In this document: positions 18,902-29,589 of the stretch, piece after piece
How positions within the stretch are numbered: position 1 is the stretch's first letter
How the letters are laid out: each line of letters opens with the position of its first letter
Source of the DNA: Chloroflexota bacterium
Lineage (GTDB): Bacteria; Chloroflexota; Dehalococcoidia; UBA2979
Direction: 5' to 3'
Assembly: GCA_045863195.1 (NCBI GenBank)
Contig: BTUI01000009.1
Coordinates: 51,951-115,950, forward strand
Length of the DNA: 64,000 nucleotides
Notes under the pieces: model-generated
What the model was told of the DNA's origin: nothing
What the model saw: only the letters and a program-made list of their open reading frames with translations
Database searches by the model: none
Translations under genes and position numbers: made by a program

Positions 18902-19867
18902 CTACTCGCCGGCGACGATCCCGGCGTCGATGAGGAGACGCAGGCCGCGCGCCACGTCCTCGTCCGGCTCGTGCTGGTCGATCTCGAAGGTGCGGAGGGC
19001 GTCCGGGTTCGCGCGGCGGATACGCTCGGCCAGCCACGCGAAGTCCACGTCGCCGTTGCCGGGCGCGCGGTGGTCGGTCAGGCCGCGCACGTCGTGCAGG
19101 TGCAGCAGCACCAGCCGGTCGCCGAGCAGATCCCACCACGCGCCTCGGTCGGTCACCCCCAGCCGGTGGTGGACCTCGGCGTGGCCGACATCGTGCAGGT
19201 AGCCCGCCACCGCCACCGGGTACGGCGCGAGGAGCGTCACGAGTTCCTGCGGCAGCGGGATCTCGTGGTAGTGCAGCCGCGTCTCGATCGCGAGCGTCAC
19301 GCGCGCCCGCGCCGCGCCCTCCACGAGGGCGTCGAGGCTGCGCGCGGCCGCTTCCAACCACGGCCCGGCTTTCGCGGCGCGCTCGCGGACGGTGGCGTCC
19401 ACGGTGCGGTCCCACTCCTCGCGCATCACCTCGCGCCGCTCGTACATCGAGCGCAGCCGGCGCTCGCCATCGAGCAGCCGCGCACCGACGCCGCCGAGGT
19501 GGACCGCGACGACCGAGGCGCCCGCCTGCGCGGCGAGCGCGATCGAGCGCAGGTGGTAGTCCACCGCGAGGGTGCGCTCGGCCTCGTCCGTGGCGGCGAG
19601 GTTCAGTTCACGGTTCCAGCCGCGCGCCGGGTGCCGCTCCAGCGGGGCAGGGGCGTGCACGCTGGTCGTCGGGAGCGAGCGGTAGGCGAGGATCGCGCCG
19701 GCCTGCTCCGCGTCCATGGAGTGGTTGATCTCCACGCCGCGGTATCCGAGTTCGTCCGCGCGCTCCATGAAGCGCTGCAGGTCGCGCTCGAAGCGCGGCT
19801 GCACCGCCCACATCGTGGACAGCGCCGGCCGGGGCGGCGTGGCGGGGTGCTCGGCGGCGGGGGGCAT
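18902..19867 (-). CDS. sugar phosphate isomerase/epimerase (xylose-isomerase-like TIM barrel)
   Basis: ..YRGVEIN..AVHLGG..LAIETR..LHLHD.. AP-endonuclease-2 / XylA-like barrel. Start taken at MPPAAEHP, 6 nt after the ispG stop; the longer frame is an overlap artefact. Confidence 0.65.
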   Translation of the reverse strand: MPPAAEHPATPPRPALSTMWAVQPRFERDLQRFMERADELGYRGVEINHSMDAEQAGAILAYRSLPTTSVHAPAPLERHPARGWNRELNLAATDEAERTLAVDYHLRSIALAAQAGASVVAVHLGGVGARLLDGERRLRSMYERREVMREEWDRTVDATVRERAAKAGPWLEAAARSLDALVEGAARARVTLAIETRLHYHEIPLPQELVTLLAPYPVAVAGYLHDVGHAEVHHRLGVTDRGAWWDLLGDRLVLLHLHDVRGLTDHRAPGNGDVDFAWLAERIRRANPDALRTFEIDQHEPDEDVARGLRLLIDAGIVAGE

Positions 19868-19872
19868 GAGGG

Positions 19873-21039
19873 TCAGGCGCCGGCCTTCGCCAGCCCGCGC
19901 TCCTCGATCACCCGGTCGAGCAGGATGCGCGCCTGGGCCAGCACCTGGTCGTAGGGGAAGTGGCCCACGACCTCTTCGCCGTGCTTCAGGTTTACGCCCA
20001 GCGGGCCGCACCAGAGGCCGATGTCGGCGTCGTCCGTCTCGCCGGGGCCGTTCACGCGGCAGCCCATGACGGCGATGGTGACCTGGTAGTCCTTCGCATA
20101 CGCCGTCATCTCCTTCATGTCCTGCGCGAGTTCGATGAACGCCTCGTTCTCCACGCGGGAGCAGGACGGGCAGGAGATGATGTTCAGGCCCTCGCCGAAG
20201 TTGGCCGGGACGGATCGGAAGCGGCCGGCCTGGATGTCCGCGATGATCTCGCGGCCCACCGTGACCTCCTGGCCCTTGTCCTCGAACGGCAGGGTGAGCG
20301 AGACGCGGATCGTGTCGCCGATGCCCTCCGCGATCAGCTGCTCGAAAGCGATGCGCGTCTTGATGATGCCGTCCGGCGGCATCCCCGCCTCCGTCACGCC
20401 GAGGTGGAGCGGCACGTCCGGGCGCTGCGCGGAGAAGCGCCGGTTGCCCTCCACCACCTTGCGCCAGTCGGAGTCCTTCAGCGAGACGACGTACCGGTGG
20501 AAGCCCAGGTCGTCCAGCATCTGCGCGTGTTCAAGCGCGCTCTCCACCATCGCGCCCACGTCGTCGTGGCCGAACTTCGCGGTCTTCTCCGGGTCCACGG
20601 AGCCGCAGTTCACGCCCACGCGCAGCGCGATGTCGTGCTTCACCGCGATCTCCGCGATGTAGGCGACCTTGTCGCGGATCGACTTCTCGCGCTCGTGGTG
20701 CCAGAGGTGGCCGGGGTTGTACCGGATCTTGTCCACGTGCGGCGCCACGATCTCGGAGAGCCGGTAGTTCTCCTGGAGGTCGACCGACAGGTTCGGGGCG
20801 ATGGTGTCCTTGAGGCGTGCACGGATCTCGGCGAGCGCCTCCACGTCCTTGCGCGAGTCGCAGGCGATACGGATCACGTCCGCGCCGGCGGCGTGGATCA
20901 ACTGCACCTGCCGGGTCGTCGCCTCGATGTCCTGTGTCTTCGTCGCGGCCATCGACTGCACGGCGATGGGTGCGCCGCCGCCGATCTGGGCGGAGCCGAC
21001 GCGGACGGCGCGGGTGGGCTTGCGACGGATGGGTGCCAT
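19873..21039 (-). CDS. ispG: 4-hydroxy-3-methylbut-2-enyl diphosphate synthase (flavodoxin)
   Basis: ..VQSMAATKT..; Cys ligands in the C-terminal domain ([10 protein letters not shown], ..[10 protein letters not shown]). Confidence 0.95.
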   Translation of the reverse strand: MAPIRRKPTRAVRVGSAQIGGGAPIAVQSMAATKTQDIEATTRQVQLIHAAGADVIRIACDSRKDVEALAEIRARLKDTIAPNLSVDLQENYRLSEIVAPHVDKIRYNPGHLWHHEREKSIRDKVAYIAEIAVKHDIALRVGVNCGSVDPEKTAKFGHDDVGAMVESALEHAQMLDDLGFHRYVVSLKDSDWRKVVEGNRRFSAQRPDVPLHLGVTEAGMPPDGIIKTRIAFEQLIAEGIGDTIRVSLTLPFEDKGQEVTVGREIIADIQAGRFRSVPANFGEGLNIISCPSCSRVENEAFIELAQDMKEMTAYAKDYQVTIAVMGCRVNGPGETDDADIGLWCGPLGVNLKHGEEVVGHFPYDQVLAQARILLDRVIEERGLAKAGA

Positions 21040-21125
21040 GGCTGCCTTGCCTCCGACCGGGGCCGCTGCGCCCCGCCTACCTCATCACGATATCGCGCCG
21101 CCCATGCGGCGTCCGAGTGGCCGCC

Positions 21126-22367
21126 TTAACGGAACACCGATTCGCCCGCGGCGATGCGGGAGATATCGAAGAACGTCACCACGATCGCCAGGCCGATGAA
21201 CATGACGAAGCCGACCATGTGCACCAGCGCCTCGCGTTCCGGCGCGATCCGGCGGCCGCCACGCAGCACCTCGATCACCACGAAGAACATGCGCCCGCCG
21301 TCCAGCATCGGCAGCGGGAGCAGGTTAAGGATGCCGAGGTTGATCGAGAGCAGCGCCGCCAGTTCCAGCAACGGCGAGATTGCCCCGGCCGCGCTCTCCG
21401 AGGACCGCGCGACCTCGCCGGTGGTCTGCGCGATACCGACGGGGCCCTGGAACTCCGGGCTGCCCGCGCCGCGGAACCACGAGATCACCTCGTTCCGCGC
21501 GAGGATGACGGTGTCCCACGTCATGCGGGAGGCCTGCGGGATCGCCTCCCACGGCGGGAGTGCCACCGTGATGGTGAACGGGCGTCCGTCCGGCGCGAGC
21601 ACGGCCGGCGCGATCGTGATGCCGGTCGGCCCCTCGCCGGCCGGGGGCGCCCAGCGCGACATGACCGGGACGGTCAGTTCCTCGCCGTTGCGGCGCACGG
21701 TGATGTCGATTTCGCGACCACGGTAGATGCGGACGAGGCGGCTCGCCTCCGGCAGGTTCTTCGCGTCGCGGCCCTCGATGGCGAGGATGACGTCGCCCGC
21801 CTGCAGGCCGGCCTCCGCGGCGGGCGCGCCGGCGATCGCCTCCTGGATGACGGCGCGGCCTTCCACCTCCTGGTGCGGCACCATCAGCGCGGCCGAGAAG
21901 AGGACGAGCGGCAGGACGAGGTTGATGGCGGCGCCGGAGCCCAGCACGATCAGCCGCTGCCACGCCGGGCGCGCGGCGAGCGAGCGCGGGCCGGTCGGGT
22001 TCTCCTCGCCCTCCAGGCGGACGAAGCCGCCGAGGGGGAGCCAGTTGATCGTGTACTCGGTCTCGCCGAAGCGCTTGCCCCAGATGCGGGGCGGGAAGCC
22101 GAAGGCGAACTCGTGGACGCGGATCCCGAACGCCTTGGCCGTCAGGAAGTGCCCGAGTTCGTGCATCATGACGATGCCGAGCAGGATCACGAAGAACAGC
22201 AGCGCGCTGGTCACCGCGTCCCGTGCGACGAAGAAGCCCGCCACGATCGCCACGAAGACGATCGCGGCGGTGATCTGCGAGCGCAGCGGCGGGCGGCCGC
22301 CGGCGGGCGGCACCGCGCCCGGCTCGCCGCGCTCGGCGCTGTCATCCATCCAGCGGTTGTCCATCAC
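21126..22367 (-). CDS. rseP: RIP site-2 metalloprotease RseP (M50) with PDZ domain
   Basis: HELGHFL (HExxH) in TM1, PDZ (..GLQAGDVILAIEG..), LDG motif. Confidence 0.9.
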   Translation of the reverse strand: MMDNRWMDDSAERGEPGAVPPAGGRPPLRSQITAAIVFVAIVAGFFVARDAVTSALLFFVILLGIVMMHELGHFLTAKAFGIRVHEFAFGFPPRIWGKRFGETEYTINWLPLGGFVRLEGEENPTGPRSLAARPAWQRLIVLGSGAAINLVLPLVLFSAALMVPHQEVEGRAVIQEAIAGAPAAEAGLQAGDVILAIEGRDAKNLPEASRLVRIYRGREIDITVRRNGEELTVPVMSRWAPPAGEGPTGITIAPAVLAPDGRPFTITVALPPWEAIPQASRMTWDTVILARNEVISWFRGAGSPEFQGPVGIAQTTGEVARSSESAAGAISPLLELAALLSINLGILNLLPLPMLDGGRMFFVVIEVLRGGRRIAPEREALVHMVGFVMFIGLAIVVTFFDISRIAAGESVFR

Positions 22368-23524
22368 ACCCTCGCTGCTACGGCCTCGTCCACGAAGCGG
22401 CGGCCCCAGGCCTCTGCCGCGAGCAACGTGTCGAGGTCGGGACGCGCGGTGGGAGCGTGCGCCTCGAGTGCGCGCCCGAGCAGGGGCGCGATGCTGGTGA
22501 AGGGGATGCGGCCGGCGAGGAAATGCTCCACCGCCGCCTCGTCCGCGCCGGCCACGGCCGCCGCGCTCGTATCGTCGCGCCGTCCCGCCTCGAGCGCGAT
22601 GCCGAGCGCGGGGAAGCGGTCCGCGTCCACGGTCCCGAAGTGGAGCGCGCCCCGCGCCGCGAGGTCGAGCGGCGGCGCCGGCTGTGCCGGGGCGCGGTCC
22701 GGGTAGCTGAGCGCGACCTGGATCGGCAGGCGCATGTCCGGCTCGCCGAGTTGCGCCTTGATCGACCCGTCACGGAACTGCACGAGCGAGTGGATGACGC
22801 TCTCGCGGTGCTGGAGCACGTCCACGCGCTCCAGCGGGATGTCGAACAGCCAGCGCGCCTCGATCGCCTCGAGTCCCTTGTTGAACAGGGTGGCGCTGTC
22901 GATCGTGATCTTCGGGCCCATCTTCCACGTCGGGTGGGCCAGCGCCTGCTCCGGCGTCACGGCGTCCAGCGCGGCGAGGTCGTAGTCGCGGAACGCGCCG
23001 CCAGAGGCGGTGAGGATGAGGCGGTCGATGCTCTCCGCCGGCTCGCCCCAGAGGCACTGCCAGATCGCCGAGTGCTCGGAGTCGACCGGGCGCAGTTCCG
23101 CGCCGGCGGCGCGGCCCGCCTCCAGCGCCTCACGCACCGCGTGGCCGCCGACGACGAGCGTCTCCTTGTTGGCGATGGCGACGGGCTTCCCGGCGCGCAG
23201 CGCCGCGATCGTCGGGTGCAGGCTGGCGAGACCGCTCGTCGCGACCAGCAGCACGTCCACGTCGTCGCGGACGGCGATCTCCTCGAGCGGCTGCCACTCG
23301 CCGAGGCCGGCCGCGCGCAGGGCGTCGGCGTCCGCGCTCGGGCGCGCGTAGAGGGCGCGGGGGTGGAACTCGCGGGCCTGCTCGGCCAGGCGGGCGGCGT
23401 TGCCGCCGGCTGCAAGCGCGACGACCTGGAACCGGTCGGGGAGCCCGCGGACCACGTCCAGCGCCTGCTCGCCCACCGACCCCGTGGAGCCGAGGATCGC
23501 GACGCGGATCGGGTCTACAGCCAT
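22364..23524 (-). CDS. dxr: 1-deoxy-D-xylulose 5-phosphate reductoisomerase
   Basis: MAVDPIRVAILGSTGSVG..; ..DSEHSAIWQCL..; NKG..E. ATGA overlap with rseP. The longer 22364..24091 ORF is a frame extension. Confidence 0.95.
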   Translation of the reverse strand: MAVDPIRVAILGSTGSVGEQALDVVRGLPDRFQVVALAAGGNAARLAEQAREFHPRALYARPSADADALRAAGLGEWQPLEEIAVRDDVDVLLVATSGLASLHPTIAALRAGKPVAIANKETLVVGGHAVREALEAGRAAGAELRPVDSEHSAIWQCLWGEPAESIDRLILTASGGAFRDYDLAALDAVTPEQALAHPTWKMGPKITIDSATLFNKGLEAIEARWLFDIPLERVDVLQHRESVIHSLVQFRDGSIKAQLGEPDMRLPIQVALSYPDRAPAQPAPPLDLAARGALHFGTVDADRFPALGIALEAGRRDDTSAAAVAGADEAAVEHFLAGRIPFTSIAPLLGRALEAHAPTARPDLDTLLAAEAWGRRFVDEAVAARV

Positions 23525-24303
23525 CTCACCATCCAGTATAGGCAGACCCCCACGACCAGCAGCGAATCCAGCCGGTCGAGCAGTCCACCGTGGCCCGGCA
23601 GCAGGTGGGACATGTCCTTCACGTCCATCCGCCGCTTCAGCGCGGACTCCACCAGGTCCCCGGCGATCGCCCCGACCGGGAGCACGAGCGCGAGCGCGGC
23701 GAGGCGCACCGCCGGCACCTCCAGCCCGAGCGCGAGCACGGCGCCGACGCCGGCAACGCCGCCGAACAGCAGGCCGCCGGCGGCTCCTTCCCACGTCTTC
23801 TTCGGCGAGATGCGCGGAGCGAACAGGTGGCGGCCGAGCAGCCGGCCGATGGCGTACGCGCCGGTGTCCGTGGCGAACGTCGCCGCGAGGAGTACGAGCA
23901 GCCAGTCGCGGCCCTCGGGCAGCCCGCGCAGCAGGACCAGGTGCGCGCCGAATGCGCCGGTGTAGAGGACCGCGGTGAGCCACCAGCCGCCGAGCGATGC
24001 AACCAGCCAGCCGCTCACCATCAGCGTCAGCGCCACCACGGTCATCGCGACGAACGCCCACAGCGGGAAGTCCGGCCACTCGGGCGGCCACGCCCGCGCC
24101 GTCGCCACCAGCAGGGCGCTCGCGGCGGCCGCGCCCACGGCGAGGGTGAGCGGCCGGTGCGGGTCGAGCGCGCGCACCATCTCGAACGCGGCGGCGGCGA
24201 GGATCACCTGGACAGTGGCAGCGAAGAGCGGCTCAGGGAGCAGCAGCAGGCCCGCGAGGAGCGGCAGGCCGATGGCGGCGACGAGGAGGCGCTGCGAGAG
24301 CAT
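23515..24303 (-). CDS. cdsA: phosphatidate cytidylyltransferase
   Basis: ISPKKTWEG..GHGGLLDRLDS signature; multi-TM. Confidence 0.9.
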   Translation of the reverse strand: MLSQRLLVAAIGLPLLAGLLLLPEPLFAATVQVILAAAAFEMVRALDPHRPLTLAVGAAAASALLVATARAWPPEWPDFPLWAFVAMTVVALTLMVSGWLVASLGGWWLTAVLYTGAFGAHLVLLRGLPEGRDWLLVLLAATFATDTGAYAIGRLLGRHLFAPRISPKKTWEGAAGGLLFGGVAGVGAVLALGLEVPAVRLAALALVLPVGAIAGDLVESALKRRMDVKDMSHLLPGHGGLLDRLDSLLVVGVCLYWMVRWL

Positions 24304-24309
24304 CCGCCG

Positions 24310-25077
24310 CTACCCGGCCGTCCCGGCATCCTCCACGCCATCGCTGGGGACGAGCCCGAACCGGCGGTTGCGTCGGGCGAACTCGATGAGGGCGGCGTCC
24401 ACCTGCGCGGCATCGAAGTCCGGCCAGTAGACGTCCGTGAAGTACAACTCCGCGTACGCGGCCTGCCAGACCAGGAAGTTGGAGACCCGGTGCTCGCCGC
24501 CGGTGCGGACGAGCAGGTCCACCTCCGGCAGCCCGGCCGTGGCCAGATGCGAGGCGATGGCCTCCTCCGTGATCTGGGACGGCTTCACGCCTTCCGCGAG
24601 GAGGGTGGCGGCGGCCTGCACGATGTCGGCCCGGCCGCCGTAGTTGAAGGCCAGGTTCACGACCATGCGGTTGTTGCCGGCGGTGCGGTCCACCGCCTTC
24701 TGGACGCGCCGCCGCAGCCAGACCGGCAGCCGCTTCGCATCGCCCAGGTGCTGCAGGCGGACGCCGTTTCGGTCCAGTTCGTCCGTGTAGGTGTCGATGA
24801 ACTCGGCGCCGAGCTTCAGGATCGTCTCCACCTCGGTGGTGGGGCGGCCCCAGTTCTCCGTCGAGAAGCCGAAGAGCGTGAGGACGCCGACGCCGTGCGC
24901 GCCGAGGCGTTCGATGACCGGGCGGATCGCCTGCGCGCCGGCGCGGTGACCCTCCGAGCGGCTGAGGCCGTGCGCCTTCGCCCAGCGGCCGTTGCCGTCC
25001 ATGATGATGGCCACGTGGGCGGGCCGGACGGCCAGCGCCGGCAGCGGGAGGGAGGCGGGCGCGGGGTTCACCACCAC
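24310..25077 (-). CDS. uppS: isoprenyl transferase (undecaprenyl-diphosphate synthase family)
   Basis: HVAIIMDGNGRWA; ..FSTENW.. Confidence 0.9.
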   Translation of the reverse strand: MVVNPAPASLPLPALAVRPAHVAIIMDGNGRWAKAHGLSRSEGHRAGAQAIRPVIERLGAHGVGVLTLFGFSTENWGRPTTEVETILKLGAEFIDTYTDELDRNGVRLQHLGDAKRLPVWLRRRVQKAVDRTAGNNRMVVNLAFNYGGRADIVQAAATLLAEGVKPSQITEEAIASHLATAGLPEVDLLVRTGGEHRVSNFLVWQAAYAELYFTDVYWPDFDAAQVDAALIEFARRNRRFGLVPSDGVEDAGTAG

Positions 25078-25083
25078 GGTGCG

Positions 25084-25647
25084 CTACACCTCCAGGAGCT
25101 CGCGCTCCTTCTCCTTCGCCAGCGCCTCGATCTTGCCGACGTACTCCTGGGTGAGCTTCTCCACCTGCTCGGCAGCGCGGCGCTCGTCGTCCTCGGAGAG
25201 TTCGCCCTCGCGCGCGGCCTTCTTCAGGTCGTCGTTGGCGTGGCGGCGGATGTTGCGGACGGCGATGCGGCCCTCCTCCGTCTTCGCGTGGACCTGTTTC
25301 ACGAGTTCCTTGCGGCGCTGCTCGGTGAGCGGCGGGACGGGAAGCCGGATCGTCCGCCCGTCGTTGGAGGGGGTGATGCCGATGTCGCTCATCTGGATGG
25401 CGCGCATGATCGCGTCCATCGTGGAGCGGTCGAACGGGGTGATGGTGATCAACTGCGCTTCGGGCGTGGCCAGGTTGGCCAGCTGGATGAGCTGCATCTT
25501 GGAGCCGTACACGTCCACCGTCAGGTGCTCGACGATCGCCGTCGAGGCGCGGCCGGTGCGGAGCGTCTGGAAGTCGCGCCGGGCGGCGGCGACCGCCGAC
25601 TCCATGCGCTCTTCCGCCTCCAGGAGGATCTCGTCGCTCACGGTCAT
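25084..25647 (-). CDS. frr: ribosome recycling factor
   Basis: 187 aa; ..RTGRASTAIVEHLTVDVYG..; GGAGG RBS. Confidence 0.95.
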   Translation of the reverse strand: MTVSDEILLEAEERMESAVAAARRDFQTLRTGRASTAIVEHLTVDVYGSKMQLIQLANLATPEAQLITITPFDRSTMDAIMRAIQMSDIGITPSNDGRTIRLPVPPLTEQRRKELVKQVHAKTEEGRIAVRNIRRHANDDLKKAAREGELSEDDERRAAEQVEKLTQEYVGKIEALAKEKERELLEV

Positions 25648-25737
25648 CCTCCGATCAGTCCGTGCGAGGGGAACCGGTTCACGATAGCGCGAGGCCGGGG
25701 ACGCGGCGAGCGCCCCCGGCCTCGGGTGGGTCGTCCG

Positions 25738-26250
25738 TTAGTCCCGCCCGAGCTCGAAGCGGGCGAACTTGGCGATGCGGATGTTCTCGCCGGTCTGGGC
25801 GATGGCGGCCTTGATCAGGTCGCCGACCGTCTTGCTGCCGTCCTTGATGAAGGTCTGGGTCAGCAGGGCGTTGTCCTTCGCCTCGCCGGGGGCGTCCGCC
25901 GGGACGTCCTCCGGGTTGAGGGCGAGCGGGCTCATCGCGGCGACCTGCATCGCCACGTCCTTCGCCAGCGCCTTGAAGGTGTCCGTGCGGGCGACGAAGT
26001 CCGTCTCGCAGCGGAGGTCCACCAGCGCGCCGATGCGGCCCTGGCCGTGGATGTACGCCTCCACGATGCCCTGGGAGGTCTCGCGCTCAGAGCGCTTCGC
26101 CGCGGCGGCGACGCCCTTCTCGCGGAGGATCTCCTTCGCCTGGGCGAAGTTGCCGCCCGCCTCGTCCAGCGCGCGCTTGGCGTCCATGACGCCCGCGCCG
26201 GTCTCCTCGCGGAGCCGCTTCACGTCTTCAGCGGTGACTGCCACGTTCAT
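25738..26250 (-). CDS. tsf: elongation factor Ts (unusually short, 170 aa)
   Basis: N-terminal UBA-like LREETGAGVMDAKRAL; ..DLRCETDFVARTD.. core. Confidence 0.85.
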   Translation of the reverse strand: MNVAVTAEDVKRLREETGAGVMDAKRALDEAGGNFAQAKEILREKGVAAAAKRSERETSQGIVEAYIHGQGRIGALVDLRCETDFVARTDTFKALAKDVAMQVAAMSPLALNPEDVPADAPGEAKDNALLTQTFIKDGSKTVGDLIKAAIAQTGENIRIAKFARFELGRD

Positions 26251-26287
26251 ACTCCTCGTGATCGTCGGTTGGGTGGAGGTGGGCGGA

Positions 26288-27046
<759 letters not shown>

Positions 27047-27209
27047 GGTCGTCAGTCCTGTTCTCTTGCCTGCCGGCGCATAGATTTACCCCCGCTGGCG
27101 GCGAGGGCAGGCGTCGGCCCCTCTGTTCTCGGATCTCCGTGCCTCGAAGAGACACCCGGCCAGTATGACACCCGGCCGCCGCAGCGGCCAACTCCCCCGG
27201 ACGCCGCCG

Positions 27210-27239
27210 TTGTTCGCGCCGTGGCCCCGTCCGTACAAT
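27210..27239 (+). promoter_or_regulatory. sigma-70-like promoter candidate for the fmdB-dtd unit (TTGTTC-N18-TACAAT)
   Basis: AT-rich hexamers in a GC-rich intergenic region, about 75 nt upstream of the GTG start. Confidence 0.3.
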
Positions 27240-27315
27240 CACGGTTCGGGGCCGCCGAGGCCCCACCCCGCCGACTGGCCCGATGCATCTGTTCGTGACC
27301 CACGGGAGGCGCAAC

Positions 27316-27657
27316 GTGCCCCGCTACGACTACCGCTGCGAAGCCGGACATAAGTACGAACTGACCGAGCCGTTCGGCTCGCCGGCCCAGCATCCCTGCA
27401 AGAAGTGCGGCAAGCCCGCGCTCCGCGTCCTCGTCGCGCCGCCGCTCGTCTTCAAGGCCGGCGGCTACTACAAGACCGAGAGCCGTGGCGGCTTCACCCG
27501 CTCCGACCGGGATGACACCCCCTCCGAGTCCACCTCGAAGGCGAAACCGAAGGCCGAGAAGGCGCCGAAGGCCGAACAGGCCGAGAAGCCGGCCGCGAAG
27601 GCTGAGAAGGCGGCCAAGCCCGCGAAGCCGGCCAAGCCCGCCGCCTCCGCGGACTAG
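27316..27657 (+). CDS. FmdB-family zinc-ribbon protein with a Lys/Ala/Pro-rich histone-H1-like C-terminal tail
   Basis: [21 protein letters not shown] (CxxC-like ribbon). GGGAGG lies 7 nt before the GTG. Tail: [39 protein letters not shown]. Confidence 0.65.
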   Translation: MPRYDYRCEAGHKYELTEPFGSPAQHPCKKCGKPALRVLVAPPLVFKAGGYYKTESRGGFTRSDRDDTPSESTSKAKPKAEKAPKAEQAEKPAAKAEKAAKPAKPAKPAASAD

Positions 27658-27667
27658 CCCCGCCCCG

Positions 27668-28129
27668 ATGCGCGCGGTCGTCCAGCGGGTCGCCCGCGCA
27701 CGCGTCACGGTGGAGGGCGAGACGACCGGCGAGATCGGCCCCGGGCTCCTCGTCTACCTCGGCATCGGGCCGGGGGACGGCCCTCGCGAGGTCGAGTGGG
27801 CCGCCCGCAAGGTCGCCGAGATGCGCATCTTCCCGGACGAGGCCGGCCGCTTCGACCGCTCCGTCGAGGAGACCGGCGGCGCGGTGCTCGTCGTCTCGCA
27901 GTTCACGCTCTACGCCGACACCCGCAAGGGGCGCCGCCCCGCCTTTACCGACGCCGCGCCGCCCGAGGTGGCGGCGCCGCTCGTCGAGGCGGTGATCGGG
28001 GCGCTGCGCGCGCGCGGGCTACCGGTGGAGGGCGGTCGCTTCGGCGCCCACATGCTCGTGGACGCCGTGAATGACGGCCCGGTCACGATCATGCTCGACT
28101 CGACCGACCTCGACCGCCCGCGGGGCTAG
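27668..28129 (+). CDS. dtd: D-aminoacyl-tRNA deacylase
   Basis: MRAVVQRV..; SQFTL..D; ..GPVT..; 153 aa. Confidence 0.9.
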   Translation: MRAVVQRVARARVTVEGETTGEIGPGLLVYLGIGPGDGPREVEWAARKVAEMRIFPDEAGRFDRSVEETGGAVLVVSQFTLYADTRKGRRPAFTDAAPPEVAAPLVEAVIGALRARGLPVEGGRFGAHMLVDAVNDGPVTIMLDSTDLDRPRG

Positions 28130-28680
28130 CGTCCGATCGGCTGCGCCGGGTCGATAAACAGCGCGAGCCCGCGCGACACCACGTCCTGCACGCGGTCGGC
28201 GGTCACCCACGCGTCCGCGTCCTCGGTGGTGTCGAGGACGGCGCCGGGCATGGAGGCGGCACGCACCGCGCCCGTGATCTCGGCGTGCACCTCCCGCACG
28301 CGGTCCGGGATCGAGTGGTCGCGCAGCGCGTCGCGTCGCAACGTCTCCTCGATGCTCGGGAGCAGCGTGACCAGGTGGACCGGCACGCCGATGCCGTGCA
28401 GCGCCGTGTAGTAGTGCTCGATCGCCGGGCCGAGGATGACGTCCGTGATCACCACCGCGTACCGCATCGCGATGCTCTCGCGAGCGATGGCGGAGGCGTT
28501 GCGGACGGCAAGCTCCAACTGCTCCTCCGCCTGGTGGTCGCCCGCCCACGGGTGGCGGTAGCCAGCCTTCACCCAGTGGCGGAGGTGGTCCACCTCGACG
28601 TGGATCATCCGGTCGAAGCGCTCGCAGAGCGCTTCCGCCACGGAGGACTTGCCGGAACCCGGCGGGCCGGAGATGAGCAT
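28126..28680 (-). CDS. P-loop NTPase/kinase (AAA_33 / zeta-toxin / CPT-like small kinase) translationally coupled to nadC
   Basis: Walker [10 protein letters not shown]. 184 aa. The start is 8 nt after the nadC stop, or an alternative GTG overlaps it. Confidence 0.6.
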   Translation of the reverse strand: MLISGPPGSGKSSVAEALCERFDRMIHVEVDHLRHWVKAGYRHPWAGDHQAEEQLELAVRNASAIARESIAMRYAVVITDVILGPAIEHYYTALHGIGVPVHLVTLLPSIEETLRRDALRDHSIPDRVREVHAEITGAVRAASMPGAVLDTTEDADAWVTADRVQDVVSRGLALFIDPAQPIGR

Positions 28681-28688
28681 CACCTGGT

Positions 28689-29579
28689 TCACGCGGGCCG
28701 GACCTCCAGCGACAGGTCGAGGGCGGGTGCGGAGTGCGTGAGCGCGCCGCACGAGATCAGGTCTACGCCGGTGGCGGCGACCTCCTTGATCGTGTCGAGG
28801 GTGATCCCGCCGGACGCCTCGAAGAGCACGCGCGCGTAGGCGGGGTTCGCGCGCGCCTCCGTCACGATGCCGCGCATCATGTCGGGCGTCATGTTGTCCA
28901 GCAGGATGACGTCCGCGCCGCCTTCCAGCGCCTCGCGCGCCATCTCCGGCGTCGTCACCTCGATCTCGATGCGCAGCGTGTGCGGCACCCGCTGGCGCAC
29001 CTCCGCGAGGAGCACGCGGATGCCGACGCCGCGCGCCGCGGCGGCGGCGAGGTGGTTGTCCTTGATCAGCACGCCGTCCTCGAGGGTGTTGCGGTGGTTG
29101 GCCGCGCCGCCCGTCCGCACGGCGTACCGCTCCAGCGCGCGCAGGCCGGGCGTGGTCTTCCGCGTGTCCACCACGCGCGCCGGGCCGCCATCGCGCGCCT
29201 TGTCCTGGTACTGCTGCGCGAGCGTGGCGATGCCGGACATGCGCTGCACGAGGTTCAACGCCACGCGCTCGGCGGAGAGGATCGCCGCGAGCGGGCCGGC
29301 GATCTCCGCGACCGTCATCCCGGCCTTCACCCACTGCCCCTCGTCGACGAGGAGTTCCACCTCCACGTCCGGGGAGACCTGCGCGAACGCCTCCGCGAAC
29401 ACCACCAGGCCGCAGATCACGCCGGACTGCTTCATCAGCAGCGTCGCCTCGCCCGGCTGGTCAGGCGGCACGGTCGCGCGGGTCGTGACGTCGAACCCGA
29501 CGCGGTCCTCCGCGAGGGCCAGCGCGACGATCTCGGCGACCGTCTCGGTGGCGGGGTGGTGCGGATTCTCGTCGGTCAT
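28689..29579 (-). CDS. nadC: nicotinate-nucleotide diphosphorylase (carboxylating)
   Basis: QPRTase fold; ..LLDNM..; 296 aa. Confidence 0.9.
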   Translation of the reverse strand: MTDENPHHPATETVAEIVALALAEDRVGFDVTTRATVPPDQPGEATLLMKQSGVICGLVVFAEAFAQVSPDVEVELLVDEGQWVKAGMTVAEIAGPLAAILSAERVALNLVQRMSGIATLAQQYQDKARDGGPARVVDTRKTTPGLRALERYAVRTGGAANHRNTLEDGVLIKDNHLAAAAARGVGIRVLLAEVRQRVPHTLRIEIEVTTPEMAREALEGGADVILLDNMTPDMMRGIVTEARANPAYARVLFEASGGITLDTIKEVAATGVDLISCGALTHSAPALDLSLEVRPA

Positions 29580-29589
29580 GTGCGTGCTC

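Noticed and set aside
22364-24091. 575-aa ORF for dxr and 541-aa ORF for sucD (43392..45017)
   Set aside because: Homology starts at internal ATGs (23524, 44273) with RBSs. The upstream parts overlap cdsA and sucC in the wrong frame.
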